The notes beneath the pieces are model-generated. The model was given only the letters and a program-made list of their open reading frames with translations. It had not been told where the DNA came from and made no database searches. The position numbers were made by a program, and so were the translations under genes. Below, in pieces: positions 9,554 through 19,439 of a DNA stretch of 64,000 bases (position 1 is its first letter; each line of letters begins with the position of its first letter). Origin of the DNA: Acidimicrobiales bacterium (GTDB lineage: Bacteria > Actinomycetota > Acidimicrobiia > Acidimicrobiales > Aldehydirespiratoraceae); the NCBI GenBank assembly GCA_041394245.1, contig JAWKIR010000002.1, positions 2,858,970 to 2,922,969 of the forward strand, in the 5' to 3' direction.

Positions 9554-11588
9554 GCATTCAATGTCTCCACAACTCACGCCGCGACCCGCTGATCTCTCGA
9601 CGACCGGATCGTCCGACACGCTCGTTCTCGACGTGCCGGCCGCCCGCGAACTGGTCGGGGCGCTGACGAACGCCGCCGAGGCGCTGGCCGTCGATCACCT
9701 TGCGCTGCGGTCGATGCTCGACGAAGCCACCGCCATCCTCCGAGCCGACCACACGGGCGCACTGGTGCCGCTCACGGCCGCGCGTCAGGCATGCGCCGGA
9801 CTCGCTGCGGATCTGAGGTTCCGTGTCGATCTGGTCGAGCGGACCACACACTCGCTCGACCGGATCGACGAATTGTCGCGGGGCGACTCGGCCTGGGGAA
9901 CCCGCGAGCGCCGACGCCTGCTGCTCGGTCTGGTCGGCGGCGATGTCGACCACGCCCGGCGGGTCGAACGGGCGATGGCGGCAGGGCACGATGCCGCCGC
10001 GGCATTCCGGATCGTCGATGCCGAGCTGCGCCTCGAGTATCGGGTCGGTGCGCTCATGGAGGCGTTTTCGATCGACGAGGCCGCCGCCCTCGCCATGGTC
10101 GAACGGGTCGACGCGGCACTGATCGATCTCCTCGACCGGGGCTACGCCACCGACGACGCAGTGGCCGCGCTCGCGATCGTCGAGAACTTCGGGCTCGACC
10201 TCGCCACCGCACTCGACCATGCCGCTGCCGTCGGGATCGACCTGCACGCCGCACTCGGACAGATGCTCACGGCCCGCGCGCTCGGGGTGACCCTGGCCGA
10301 GTATGTCGCGCTCACCGGTCTGGAGGAGCACTTCGCGGTGTTCGACAACGCCACCGGAGGCTCCCGCGACCAGCGGGTGTCGGCCAAGGACCTCGAGTTC
10401 GTCGTCGCCCATCCGTGGCGGTTCACTCCGAGCCAGGTACTCGCCGCCCAGGCGCTGCTCGACCAGCCGCTCCTGCGCAATCGGCTCGACACCGCCAACC
10501 ACAACGCCGACCTCTTCTCCGGCACCGCCTTCGGGTCGATGGAGCCCGGCGACGGCCTGATCGCCGACGTCGACCTGCACGCCTTCCTGCTGAAGGCCCA
10601 GCTCCACACGATCCTCGGCGACTACGCCGACCGGATCGACGTCGCGAACGATCCGTCGGGCATCGTCGACGGGTTCCGTTCCGAGAACGACTTCCGCGCG
10701 TTCATCGCCGACAACCCCGACCTCCCCGAGTCGGTCCTGGCCGCGGCGACGGTGGCACTCGAGTCCGGATGGTTCGACCAGACCTGGTGGGACGAGCACA
10801 AGGACGAGCTGGCGATGGGGGCGGCGCTGCTCGCCGCAGGGCTGGTCGTCGTCGCGACCGGTGGTGCCGCCTCGATGATCCTCGTGGTCGGCGCCGGCGC
10901 GCTCGCCGGTGGAGCGACGACGGTCGCCATCAACCTCGCCACCGGCGCACCGATACTCGACGACGCCCTCATGAACTCGGTCAGGGGTGGCTTCATCGGC
11001 GCCGGCGTGCATGGTGTCGTCACGGGCGCAGCGGCCTACGGGACGGCGTCGACGGGGGTCGCTCGGGTCGCCGCCGTCGCCGGCGCGACATCGGGTGCCG
11101 CCGACGTCGTGGCCGCCGGAGGCGTCGACCTGCTCATCGACGAGCAGTATGAGGCGGCCGTCCACGGCATGGCCAACGACGTCGGCAATGTCGCCGGGGC
11201 GATCGACCTCGGCCTCAGTGCCGGCGAGTGGGCGAGCCGTACGCCGGTCACCTTCGATTCGGTCGAGGAGCAACTCGCCGCGCTGTCCGACCGGATCAGC
11301 CGACAGCGCCAGCTCCGCCACATCAAGGATTCACCGCTGCACCGGTCGGGGGGCTACTTCGTCGATCCGGCCGATGCCCAGCGGGTGCTCGACGCCGTCC
11401 ACGATGGGTCGGCGGAGGTCTTCGGGATCACTCGCGGTCAGGATCTCCTGGTGCGCTACGACGAGGTCATCGGGATCCATGTCAACCGCAACGGCGGAGT
11501 CGTGCCGGGCATCGAGACCACGACGTTCACCGTCAAGGGAAGCGCGAAGCCGAGTGTGGTGCCGGTGCGTCCGGGGAGGACGGAGTGA
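9552..11588 (+). CDS. Polymorphic toxin: helical N-terminal region, Gly-rich hydrophobic region, C-terminal Ntox50-like toxin domain
   Basis: 678 aa. Gly/Ala-rich TM-like stretch at ~10805-11140. The C-terminus RQLRHIKDSPLH...DAQRVL...VRYDEVIGIHV...TTTFTVKGSAKPSVVPVRP matches the recalled pattern of polymorphic toxin type 50 domains. Alternative start at 9561. Confidence 0.7.
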   Translation: MHSMSPQLTPRPADLSTTGSSDTLVLDVPAARELVGALTNAAEALAVDHLALRSMLDEATAILRADHTGALVPLTAARQACAGLAADLRFRVDLVERTTHSLDRIDELSRGDSAWGTRERRRLLLGLVGGDVDHARRVERAMAAGHDAAAAFRIVDAELRLEYRVGALMEAFSIDEAAALAMVERVDAALIDLLDRGYATDDAVAALAIVENFGLDLATALDHAAAVGIDLHAALGQMLTARALGVTLAEYVALTGLEEHFAVFDNATGGSRDQRVSAKDLEFVVAHPWRFTPSQVLAAQALLDQPLLRNRLDTANHNADLFSGTAFGSMEPGDGLIADVDLHAFLLKAQLHTILGDYADRIDVANDPSGIVDGFRSENDFRAFIADNPDLPESVLAAATVALESGWFDQTWWDEHKDELAMGAALLAAGLVVVATGGAASMILVVGAGALAGGATTVAINLATGAPILDDALMNSVRGGFIGAGVHGVVTGAAAYGTASTGVARVAAVAGATSGAADVVAAGGVDLLIDEQYEAAVHGMANDVGNVAGAIDLGLSAGEWASRTPVTFDSVEEQLAALSDRISRQRQLRHIKDSPLHRSGGYFVDPADAQRVLDAVHDGSAEVFGITRGQDLLVRYDEVIGIHVNRNGGVVPGIETTTFTVKGSAKPSVVPVRPGRTE

Positions 11589-11968
11589 TGGACGACCATC
11601 TGGGGGAGGACCGTCGGTCGGAGGCGCACCAGTTCACGACGCGCATGTTCCTGGCGGTGTGCGAGGCGGCCTTGGGCGCGTTCGACGACAACCTCTGGGG
11701 TATCGCCTTCACGACGGAGTTCGAGACCGAGACCGTCGATCTCCATCTGTTCTTCGAGGTGGAGCCGACCGATCTCGACCGCTACGAGATCTCCGAGTTC
11801 GCATTCGCCTTCGATGCCATCGGCGAGGTCGGACTGCGCATCCATCGAACCGTCATGGCTGCCGAGAGGTTCGTCCCCGACCACGGCCCGTTGATCTGGT
11901 GTTTCCGCCGTCGCCATCCCGCGGCAGAGCTGCCCGACGACGTCGGCTTCGAGGAGCTCGACTACTAG
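11588..11968 (+). CDS. Putative cognate immunity protein (126 aa, acidic)
   Basis: The ATG overlaps the toxin stop (TGATG). Small acidic protein directly downstream of the toxin domain. No recognised family. Confidence 0.55.
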   Translation: MDDHLGEDRRSEAHQFTTRMFLAVCEAALGAFDDNLWGIAFTTEFETETVDLHLFFEVEPTDLDRYEISEFAFAFDAIGEVGLRIHRTVMAAERFVPDHGPLIWCFRRRHPAAELPDDVGFEELDY

Positions 11969-13548
11969 CTCGACCAGGCAACAGCGGGATCGTCGACCTC
12001 TCGCACGTCGGCGTCGTCGGTGAAGGCGACGAAACGATCGAACGAACGCAGGAACCAACGGTCGTGGGTGACGCACACCACCGTCCCCTCGAACACTGCG
12101 AGTCCGGCCTCGAGGGCCTCGGCCGACGCGACGTCGAGATTGTCGGTCGGTTCGTCGAGCAGGAGCAGGTTGGCGCCGTCGATCTCGAGCAGCAGGATCT
12201 GGAAACGCGCCTGTTGACCTCCCGAGAGGGTCTCCCATGCCTGATCGGCGGCCAGGTTCAGCTCGTAGCGCCGGAGCCGCGCCATGGCCGGCCCCCGATT
12301 GAGGTCGCGGGCCGCGAGGATGTCGATCAGGGGGCGTCCGCGGAGTTCGGGATGATCGTGGGTCTGGTTGAACAGGCCCGCCACGACTCGGGCGCCCAGT
12401 TTCCACTCGCCCTCGTGGTCGACGTCGCCGCCTGCGAGGAGGCGCAGGAAATGCGACTTGCCGGTGCCGTTGCGGCCGACCACGGCGACCCGTTCACCGA
12501 ACCAGATCTCCAGATCGAACGGATACGTGAGGTCGCTGAGTTCGAGCTGTTCGCACATCACGACGCGCTTGCCGGTGCGGCCCCCCTCGAGTCGCATGTC
12601 GATCTTCTGCTCGCGGGCGAGCTCGCGGGGTGCACCCTGCTCGTCGAAGTGACGAAGCCTGGTCTCGGCGGCGCGGGCCCGACTCGCGTTGGCGTCGCTC
12701 ATCGCGGCGCGGCGCTTCTGCTCCTTCATGTGGTTCACGAGACGCTTGCGCTCCTCGGCCCACCGGCGCTGCTCGTCGCTGATGAGCGACAGGCGATGCT
12801 CGCGCGCCTCGCTCCAGGTCGAGAACGATTCACCGTGGGTCCACGCGCCGTTCGCCTCGATCGTCACGACCTTCTGCGACGCCTCGGCGAGCAGCTCGCG
12901 GTCGTGGCTGACGAAGAGCACCGCCTTCGGGGTCGCTCGGATCCGTTCGGCCAACCACTCCTTGCCCGGCACGTCGAGGAAGTTGTCGGGCTCGTCGAGC
13001 AGGAGGACGTCGTGTTCGGAGCGCAGCAACAGTTCCAACGCCATGCGCTTCTGCTCACCTCCGGAGAAGGTCGCCATCGACCGATCGGCGATGTCGGACC
13101 ACGGGAGGTCGGTGACGCGATGGGCACACTCCTCCCAGAGGACCTCGGCGTCGTAGCCGCCGATGCCGCCCCAGAGATCGAGCGCCTTCGCGTACTTCAT
13201 GCCGTCGTCGGTGCCATCCATCATCTGGCCGTGGGCCCGATCGAGGCGAGCGCCGACCTCCCGGAGCTCGGGGGAGGACAGCGACAGATAGAGATCGCGC
13301 ACGGTCGTCGAGCTGTCGAGGGCACCGACCAGCTGGGTCATCACGCCGAGCGAACCCTGGACGGAGATGGTGCCGTCGGTCGGCGTTTCCGTCCCGGCGA
13401 CGAGTCGCATCACCGTGGTCTTGCCGGCGCCATTGGCGCCGACCAAGGCGACGTGCTCGCCCTCGCCCACGCGAAACGACACGTCGTCGAGCAGCATCTG
13501 CCCGTCGGGAAGCGACCATCCGAGATGGCTGACCTGGATGGAACCCAC
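11965..13548 (-). CDS. ABC-F family ATPase (two ABC domains, no TMD)
   Basis: 527 aa. Two Walker A sites (GANGAGKTT, GRNGTGKSH), two signature motifs (FSGGEQKR, LSGGQQAR) and an inter-domain linker. Confidence 0.9.
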   Translation of the reverse strand: MGSIQVSHLGWSLPDGQMLLDDVSFRVGEGEHVALVGANGAGKTTVMRLVAGTETPTDGTISVQGSLGVMTQLVGALDSSTTVRDLYLSLSSPELREVGARLDRAHGQMMDGTDDGMKYAKALDLWGGIGGYDAEVLWEECAHRVTDLPWSDIADRSMATFSGGEQKRMALELLLRSEHDVLLLDEPDNFLDVPGKEWLAERIRATPKAVLFVSHDRELLAEASQKVVTIEANGAWTHGESFSTWSEAREHRLSLISDEQRRWAEERKRLVNHMKEQKRRAAMSDANASRARAAETRLRHFDEQGAPRELAREQKIDMRLEGGRTGKRVVMCEQLELSDLTYPFDLEIWFGERVAVVGRNGTGKSHFLRLLAGGDVDHEGEWKLGARVVAGLFNQTHDHPELRGRPLIDILAARDLNRGPAMARLRRYELNLAADQAWETLSGGQQARFQILLLEIDGANLLLLDEPTDNLDVASAEALEAGLAVFEGTVVCVTHDRWFLRSFDRFVAFTDDADVREVDDPAVAWSS

Positions 13549-13625
13549 GGCCGTCGACGCTAGCGGGCACCGCGCCGACCCCAGGCCGGTTTCCGCGGAC
13601 CCGTCGACATCGGTAAGTTCGCCGG

Positions 13626-14645
13626 ATGCCCGACATCGCGAACGACCGCCGTCTCGACCCCCGGATCAAGGCGATGCTGGCGGCCATGCCGGAAGCGGAA
13701 CCCCGCGATGTGTCGAGCTGGGAGGAACTCGTCGAGGAGGCTGCGGCCAACGACATGGCGCAGACGGTCACCGCCTTCATGGAGATCCACGACACCGAGG
13801 AGGTCGCCCCGTCGGCCGGGCTCCGGATGTCGGAGTACTCCTTCACGTCGTCGCCCGACGGCAACACGGTCAAGATCAACCTGATCCGGCCCGACAACGA
13901 CGAGACCGTGCCGTGCGTCTACTACATCCATGGCGGGGCGATGGCCACGTTGTCCGCCTTCGACGGGAACTATCGGGCGTGGGGAAAGATCATCGCCGCC
14001 AACGGTGTGGCGGTGGCGATGGTGGACTTCCGCAACTCGGTCGTGCCGTCATCGGCGCCCGAGGTCGCGAAGTATCCGGCCGGTCTGAACGACTGCGTGG
14101 CCGGCCTGCACTGGGTCATCGACAATGCCGAACTCCTCTCCATCGATGCCGGCCGGGTCACCCTCGCCGGCGAGAGCGGCGGTGGGAACCTCGCGATCGC
14201 GACCACGATGCGGCTCAAGGCGAGCGGTGAACTCGGCCTGATCCGGGGGCTCTACGCCCTGTGTCCCTACATCGCCGGGGAGTGGCCGCTCCCGCAGTAT
14301 CCGTCGTCGACCGAGAACCACGGGATCTTGTTGAGCCTGCACGACAACCGGCCGCGGATGGGCTACGGCATCGAGGCCTTCGAGGCGAAGGACCCGATGG
14401 CGTGGCCGGCGTTCGCCACCGTCGACGATGTCGCCGGGTTTCCGAAGACGATGATCAGCGTGAACGAATGTGATCCCTTGCGCGACGAGGGGATCGAGTT
14501 CTATCGACTCCTCCTCGAGGCCGGCGTGGACGCCCGATGCCGCCAGGTGATGGGCACGATGCACGGCATCGAGATCTTCCCCCTGATCTGCACGGAGATC
14601 TCGCGCGACACCGCCCGCGATCTCGCCGCCTTCGCCACGGACTGA
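13626..14645 (+). CDS. Alpha/beta hydrolase, hormone-sensitive-lipase-like esterase
   Basis: HGGA oxyanion motif (YYIHGGAM), nucleophile elbow GESGGGNLA, C-terminal DPLRDEG. Confidence 0.85.
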   Translation: MPDIANDRRLDPRIKAMLAAMPEAEPRDVSSWEELVEEAAANDMAQTVTAFMEIHDTEEVAPSAGLRMSEYSFTSSPDGNTVKINLIRPDNDETVPCVYYIHGGAMATLSAFDGNYRAWGKIIAANGVAVAMVDFRNSVVPSSAPEVAKYPAGLNDCVAGLHWVIDNAELLSIDAGRVTLAGESGGGNLAIATTMRLKASGELGLIRGLYALCPYIAGEWPLPQYPSSTENHGILLSLHDNRPRMGYGIEAFEAKDPMAWPAFATVDDVAGFPKTMISVNECDPLRDEGIEFYRLLLEAGVDARCRQVMGTMHGIEIFPLICTEISRDTARDLAAFATD

Positions 14646-14672
14646 CCGGGTACGACGACCGACCGCGGCGAG

Positions 14673-15446
14673 TCAGGTGCCGCGGGCGTCGGGCAGCGCG
14701 TCGAGCGCGATCACCGGCACGTGGATCCAGCCCTCGACCCGGGCGACGTCGCGATGTTCCGGCGGCGCCGACGTCGTCAGTCCCATGTGGGCGAGACCGG
14801 CGACGACGGCGGTGATCACCGCGTCGAGGTCGTCGTCGTTGTCCACGAGTCGGCCGGCCGTTCCGGCGAGATCGATGTGGTCCGCCAGCGCGTCGACGAT
14901 CGCGCGGCGGGCGTCGGTCCCCGCCTCGTCCTTGTAGCCGGTGGAACGCAGCCCCCACTTCGCGAGCGACCCGCCGGGATACGTCTCGTAGACCCCCGCC
15001 GCGCCGCTGCGGTCGGCTCCGGCTCCGGCGATCCGTTCGAGGATCCGGATCCCCCGCAGCGCGACGATGCCGAGCCGGTCGGTCGACACGCTCAACGGAT
15101 CACGCGGCACATGGTTGGTGCGGATCCACTGATCGGTGGTGCGCAGTCGGAGTGCTCGCGGTGTCGTGTCGACATCGGCGACCGAACGGCCCTCGTGGTG
15201 TCGGCGCACCGTCTCGACGAAATCGGATGGCCAACCGAACGGGCAGTCCAGGCCTGTCGCGTCGGCCGCATCGGCGTGGGCGACGATGAGATCGTCGTCG
15301 GCGGGGCGGGCCAGCTCGACGACCCGTGGGTGCTCCTCCCACTCGATCACACAGAGGCTGGACTTCTTCGGCTGCGACGCGAGGTCGACGCCCACGACGC
15401 GGAGTGGGCGGTCGGATGGATCGGGCCGCGTGGACATCCGAGCCAC
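14673..15446 (-). CDS. DUF429-like protein (predicted RNase H-fold nuclease)
   Basis: VVGVDLAS...GLDCPFGWP pattern. Start is GTG at 15446 or ATG at 15437. Confidence 0.5.
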   Translation of the reverse strand: MARMSTRPDPSDRPLRVVGVDLASQPKKSSLCVIEWEEHPRVVELARPADDDLIVAHADAADATGLDCPFGWPSDFVETVRRHHEGRSVADVDTTPRALRLRTTDQWIRTNHVPRDPLSVSTDRLGIVALRGIRILERIAGAGADRSGAAGVYETYPGGSLAKWGLRSTGYKDEAGTDARRAIVDALADHIDLAGTAGRLVDNDDDLDAVITAVVAGLAHMGLTTSAPPEHRDVARVEGWIHVPVIALDALPDARGT

Positions 15447-15460
15447 GGTAGGTTCACCCC

Positions 15461-15895
15461 ATGCCGAGTGACGCGATGCTCAAGGGAATGAATGCGCTCC
15501 ACCGAGGGCTCCTCAAGGTCAGCGGCGGCCGCCTCGGGTGGACGGCCGCGAAGATGCCGGTGCTCGAGCTCACGACGACGGGGCGCAAGTCGGGCAAGAA
15601 GCGTTCCGTGATGCTCACCTCGCCGCACCAGGACGGCGATTCGCTCCTGATCGTCGCGTCACGAGGCGGCGACGACATCCATCCGGCGTGGTTCCTCAAC
15701 CTGCGCGACGATCCCGCGGTCGAGGTGGCACTCGGGGGCAAGGAGGCCAAGCCCTACACGGCTCGAGTGCTGTCGTCGGAGGAGCGGGCCGAGCTGTGGG
15801 ACAAGGTCACATCGGACTTCGCGAACTACGGCGGCTACCAGAAGAAGACCGACCGTGAGATCCCGCTCGTCTATCTCGATCCGGTCGAGACGTAG
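15461..15895 (+). CDS. Deazaflavin (F420)-dependent nitroreductase family protein (DDN-like)
   Basis: LTTTGRKSGKKRSVML...ASRGGDDIHPAWFLNLRDDP...REIPLVYL is typical of the family. Confidence 0.8.
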   Translation: MPSDAMLKGMNALHRGLLKVSGGRLGWTAAKMPVLELTTTGRKSGKKRSVMLTSPHQDGDSLLIVASRGGDDIHPAWFLNLRDDPAVEVALGGKEAKPYTARVLSSEERAELWDKVTSDFANYGGYQKKTDREIPLVYLDPVET

Positions 15896-17076
15896 GCGAG
15901 GCTGCGGCTGCGGTCCTGGATGAACGGCCAGGCGAGCGCCACGCCGATCGCCGCCAACACGACCATGCCGACCGCCGCGGCGCCGTAGGCGACGGCTCGA
16001 CCCGGGCCCTCGTAGAGACCGGCGATCACGGGGGCCGCGATGCCGGCCGTCAACGACTGCGCGGCGCCCATGAGGCCCTGCGCTCCCGCCTGACGCGCCT
16101 CGGGCACGGCCATGGAGATGGCGACGCCCGACGACGCCACGGTGATCCCGTCGGCGCAGGCATGCAGCATCGCGACGGCGAAGATCCAGCCGCCGGTCGG
16201 GAGCTGTCCGTAGGCGAACATGAAGGCGGCACCTGCGAGCAGGCCCGCGGTGCCGATCCGGAACGGCCCGATGCGCTGGGCCAGCCGTCCGCTCGTCGGC
16301 CCGAGCACCACGAGGGGGACCGCGAACAGGGTGATGCCGAGGTTGGCGAGCCAGTCGGTGGTGGCGAGGTCCTCGTGGACGACGTCCCACAGGGCGTCGA
16401 ACGCGCCGATCATCAAGAAGACGGCGCTGCCGAGCACGACGGCACCGGCGACGACCCGATTGCGCAGCAGGCCGAGTGCGAGGCGCTGGCCGGTCTCGTC
16501 GGGGGTCTCCTCGACGGCGATCGCGAGGGCGAACGGGATGATGGCGATCGTGAGCGCGCTGACGACGACGAACGGCGAGGCGAGGCCGAACGGGCCCACC
16601 AACGCCGCACTGATGGCGGGGCCGCAGGCGAAGCCGAAGACGTCGGCACTGAGCAGCCGACCGAGGTTCTGACCGAGATTGTCGGGGTCGGCCAGGATCA
16701 CGATCCGGCGAATGGCGGGCAATGACGCGCCGATGCCCACACCCGACACCAGGCGGCCGGCGAGGAGCGGGACGAGCGCCGTGCCGAACGCCATCATCAG
16801 GAGGCCCACCACGTTGGCCAGGACGCCGGCGATGATCAGCTTCCGGGCGTGGCCCCGATCGGCCAACGGCGCGATGAAGATCTGGGCCAGGAACGCAGAG
16901 ATGAACCCGGCACCGATGAGCACGCCCAGCCAGGTCTCCGCGATCCCGTACTCGTCGCGATAGTCGCCGACCACGGTGAAGAGCACGCCGTAGCCCGACG
17001 CGAGGGCGGCCGAGAGCGCGGAGAAGACCCACGCCGGCGGGATGCGGCTGCGCAGCGACGTGGCGGTCTCGGACAC
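15871..17076 (-). CDS. MFS transporter
   Basis: 401 aa, about 12 hydrophobic segments, MFS-like loop motifs. Convergent 25-nt overlap with the upstream gene. Confidence 0.85.
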   Translation of the reverse strand: MSETATSLRSRIPPAWVFSALSAALASGYGVLFTVVGDYRDEYGIAETWLGVLIGAGFISAFLAQIFIAPLADRGHARKLIIAGVLANVVGLLMMAFGTALVPLLAGRLVSGVGIGASLPAIRRIVILADPDNLGQNLGRLLSADVFGFACGPAISAALVGPFGLASPFVVVSALTIAIIPFALAIAVEETPDETGQRLALGLLRNRVVAGAVVLGSAVFLMIGAFDALWDVVHEDLATTDWLANLGITLFAVPLVVLGPTSGRLAQRIGPFRIGTAGLLAGAAFMFAYGQLPTGGWIFAVAMLHACADGITVASSGVAISMAVPEARQAGAQGLMGAAQSLTAGIAAPVIAGLYEGPGRAVAYGAAAVGMVVLAAIGVALAWPFIQDRSRSLAYVSTGSR

Positions 17077-17153
17077 CCGGGCAGGCTACGGACTCGCCGC
17101 GGCGATCGCCGCGATTTCCAGACGCCCGGACCACGCGGGCCTAGGCTCCGGCG

Positions 17154-19439
17154 ATGGCGCAACGGTTCAGCGGCGGCTTCCGGTGGCTCATCGGCCTCAT
17201 CCTCACGCTCCTGGCGCCGGTCGTGGTCGAGATGCTCGGTTGGAACGACCCGTGGGTGATCATCGTCCCGTCGGCGCTGCTCGGGGCGTTGTGTCTGTGG
17301 AACATCAACGCCGCGTACGCCCACTGGGTCAACGAGGCCGGTCGCTGGGACGTGCGGAGCTGGCTGTCGCATCACCTGACGCTCGCGGGCGCGGGCATCG
17401 CGGTCGTTGCCGTGGCCGCGCTGCTCATGGCCTGGTCATCGACCGACAACGTCCAGGCCGGTATCGCCTACGCGCTCGGTCTCTGGCTCGCCGGCACGGT
17501 GCCGGTCGTGCAGGTGGTCAGGGCGAAGCTGGCCGACATCGCCGACGCGTTCCCGTTCGCGCTCGCATGGATCCTCAACGCCCTCCTCATCGCCGGAACA
17601 ACGGTGCTGCCGGCCGGGCTGCTCACGGGATGGGAGTGGTCCGGTCTCGCCGTCGGCGCGGTCGCCGGCGGGGTGTGGCTCGCGTTCGAGGTCGCCCGTC
17701 GGCTCATCTCGGTGTGGCCGTGGCTGGTCGGCGTTGGCGCGTTCGCGATGCTGCTGCCGATCGCTTTCGTGCTGTTCGCCGAGGCCGACCGCGTGCGATG
17801 GCCACTCCTCCTGCTCCTCCCGGTCGGGTTGGCGCTGGTCTCGGCCCGTCAACGTGGTCCGCGGCCGGTGGCCGTGGGTCCGACGCGGGCCGACCCGTGG
17901 AAGATCACCGCCCTCGCGGCAGTGGTGCTGTTGATCGTCGGCTTCGTCTGGTGGCTCGTTGTCATCGGCGACGACGTGTCGACGACCCTCGTGTTCGCCG
18001 GTGCCCTCGGCTCCCTGCTCTTCGGTGCGTCGCTCGTCACCCGCGGTGAGGGGCTCGTGGTGCTGGTGCTCGTCGGCCTGCTGATGGTGTGGGTCGTGCA
18101 GGACCACACCGGCCCACCGGCACCGATTCCCTCCGTGTCGTCGGACGCGGTGCTCGCTGCGTTCGGCGACTCGTATCTGTCGGGTGAGGGGATCGGCACG
18201 TTCTACGCCGACACCAACACGGGGACATCGGGCGATCCCGACCTCGCGATCGGCGGTGTGAACTCGTGTCGCCGCAGCGACGATGCGTACAGCCCGATCG
18301 TCGCGGCCGCGCGCGGCCTGGAGCTCGCGTTCTACGGGTGCTCCGGCGCGCTCGCGACGTCCGGCGGGTTCTCCGGTGCGCCCGACGACATCGAGACCGA
18401 GCGCGGCGTCAACTCCGTCTACGGCCAACTGCTGCGGTGGGAGGACGAACGGGGAACCGACAACGATCCCGAGCTCGTGCTGCTCTCGCTCGGCGGCAAC
18501 GACGCGGGCTTCGCCACGATCGGTGCGGCCTGCTTCCTGCCGGGATCGTGCGACGACGCGCTCGATGCCGGGGCGACGCCGGCGCTCTCGGGGGTCACCG
18601 ACCGGGTCGAGATCGCGCTCACCAAGGCGAGGGAGCTCTTTCCCACGTCACCGATGGTCGTGGTCGCCTACCCGCAGATGTTCGGGCCCGACGTCGACCG
18701 CTGTGGCGGTCAGGTGCCGTTCAACGGCACCGAGACCCGCGCGCTCCAGGGTTTCGTCGACGCCCTGAACCGGGCGGTCGGCGCGGCGGTCGAGCGGGTG
18801 GGCGACAGCGGGATCGTGCACTTCACCGGCGCGTCGACCTCCTATGAAGGGGAGCGGTTCTGCGAGGTCGATACCGGCGGCGCCCTGGTCGAGCCTGCGG
18901 CGATTCGGTCCCTCAGCTTCCAACCGACCGAGGGCGATGACCTCCTCGATCGACTCGTGCCGTCCAGGATCATCCACAACACCTTCCACCCGACACGGCG
19001 CGGTCACGAACTCGTCGCGGCGAAGCTCGTCGAATTCCTCGATCACGATTGCCACCTCGGAGCGGCCGACGGGTTCTGCGAGACCAACACCGCACCCGTG
19101 GCGGCCCCTGGACAGGCGCCGCCCATCGAGCCGAGCGGCCTGGCCGGTGTCGGCGGGCCGGCCGCTGAGGGTCCCGGTGCCGAGGTCGTCGCCGACGCGC
19201 CGGTCGGCGGCTGCGACGACCTCGAGTCGTTCACCCAGTGCACCCTCATCCAGAGCCTTCGTCTGGTGTTGGTGCCGATCGTGTTGATGGTGCTCGCCGG
19301 GCTGCTGCTCGTGCTCGCGGCCGGGCAGGGACAGCTCCTCGCCGTGGTCCGCAACCGGCTCCCGGGGCTTCGCCGAGTGATCCAGGCCACGCCGCTGGGG
19401 GAGGCGAGTCAGCGCCGACCGGAGGGTCCGCTACGTTGA
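17154..19439 (+). CDS. Polytopic membrane protein with C-terminal SGNH/GDSL hydrolase domain
   Basis: About 10 N-terminal TM segments, then AAFGDSYLSGEGIG (GDS block I), LSLGGND (block II) and a distal HPTRRGH. Confidence 0.75.
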   Translation: MAQRFSGGFRWLIGLILTLLAPVVVEMLGWNDPWVIIVPSALLGALCLWNINAAYAHWVNEAGRWDVRSWLSHHLTLAGAGIAVVAVAALLMAWSSTDNVQAGIAYALGLWLAGTVPVVQVVRAKLADIADAFPFALAWILNALLIAGTTVLPAGLLTGWEWSGLAVGAVAGGVWLAFEVARRLISVWPWLVGVGAFAMLLPIAFVLFAEADRVRWPLLLLLPVGLALVSARQRGPRPVAVGPTRADPWKITALAAVVLLIVGFVWWLVVIGDDVSTTLVFAGALGSLLFGASLVTRGEGLVVLVLVGLLMVWVVQDHTGPPAPIPSVSSDAVLAAFGDSYLSGEGIGTFYADTNTGTSGDPDLAIGGVNSCRRSDDAYSPIVAAARGLELAFYGCSGALATSGGFSGAPDDIETERGVNSVYGQLLRWEDERGTDNDPELVLLSLGGNDAGFATIGAACFLPGSCDDALDAGATPALSGVTDRVEIALTKARELFPTSPMVVVAYPQMFGPDVDRCGGQVPFNGTETRALQGFVDALNRAVGAAVERVGDSGIVHFTGASTSYEGERFCEVDTGGALVEPAAIRSLSFQPTEGDDLLDRLVPSRIIHNTFHPTRRGHELVAAKLVEFLDHDCHLGAADGFCETNTAPVAAPGQAPPIEPSGLAGVGGPAAEGPGAEVVADAPVGGCDDLESFTQCTLIQSLRLVLVPIVLMVLAGLLLVLAAGQGQLLAVVRNRLPGLRRVIQATPLGEASQRRPEGPLR

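Noticed and set aside
7376-11321. Minus-strand ORFs 7376..9052 (558 aa) and 9558..11321 (587 aa)
   Set aside because: They are antisense to the cyclase-STAND-TPR gene and the toxin gene. Low-complexity R/G/P/D composition and no motifs.
19238-19435. N-terminal extension of TerC, and a possible yybP-ykoY Mn riboswitch upstream of terC
   Set aside because: The extension lies inside the 3' end of the upstream SGNH gene. TerC starts at the TTGA junction, so there is no room for a riboswitch.
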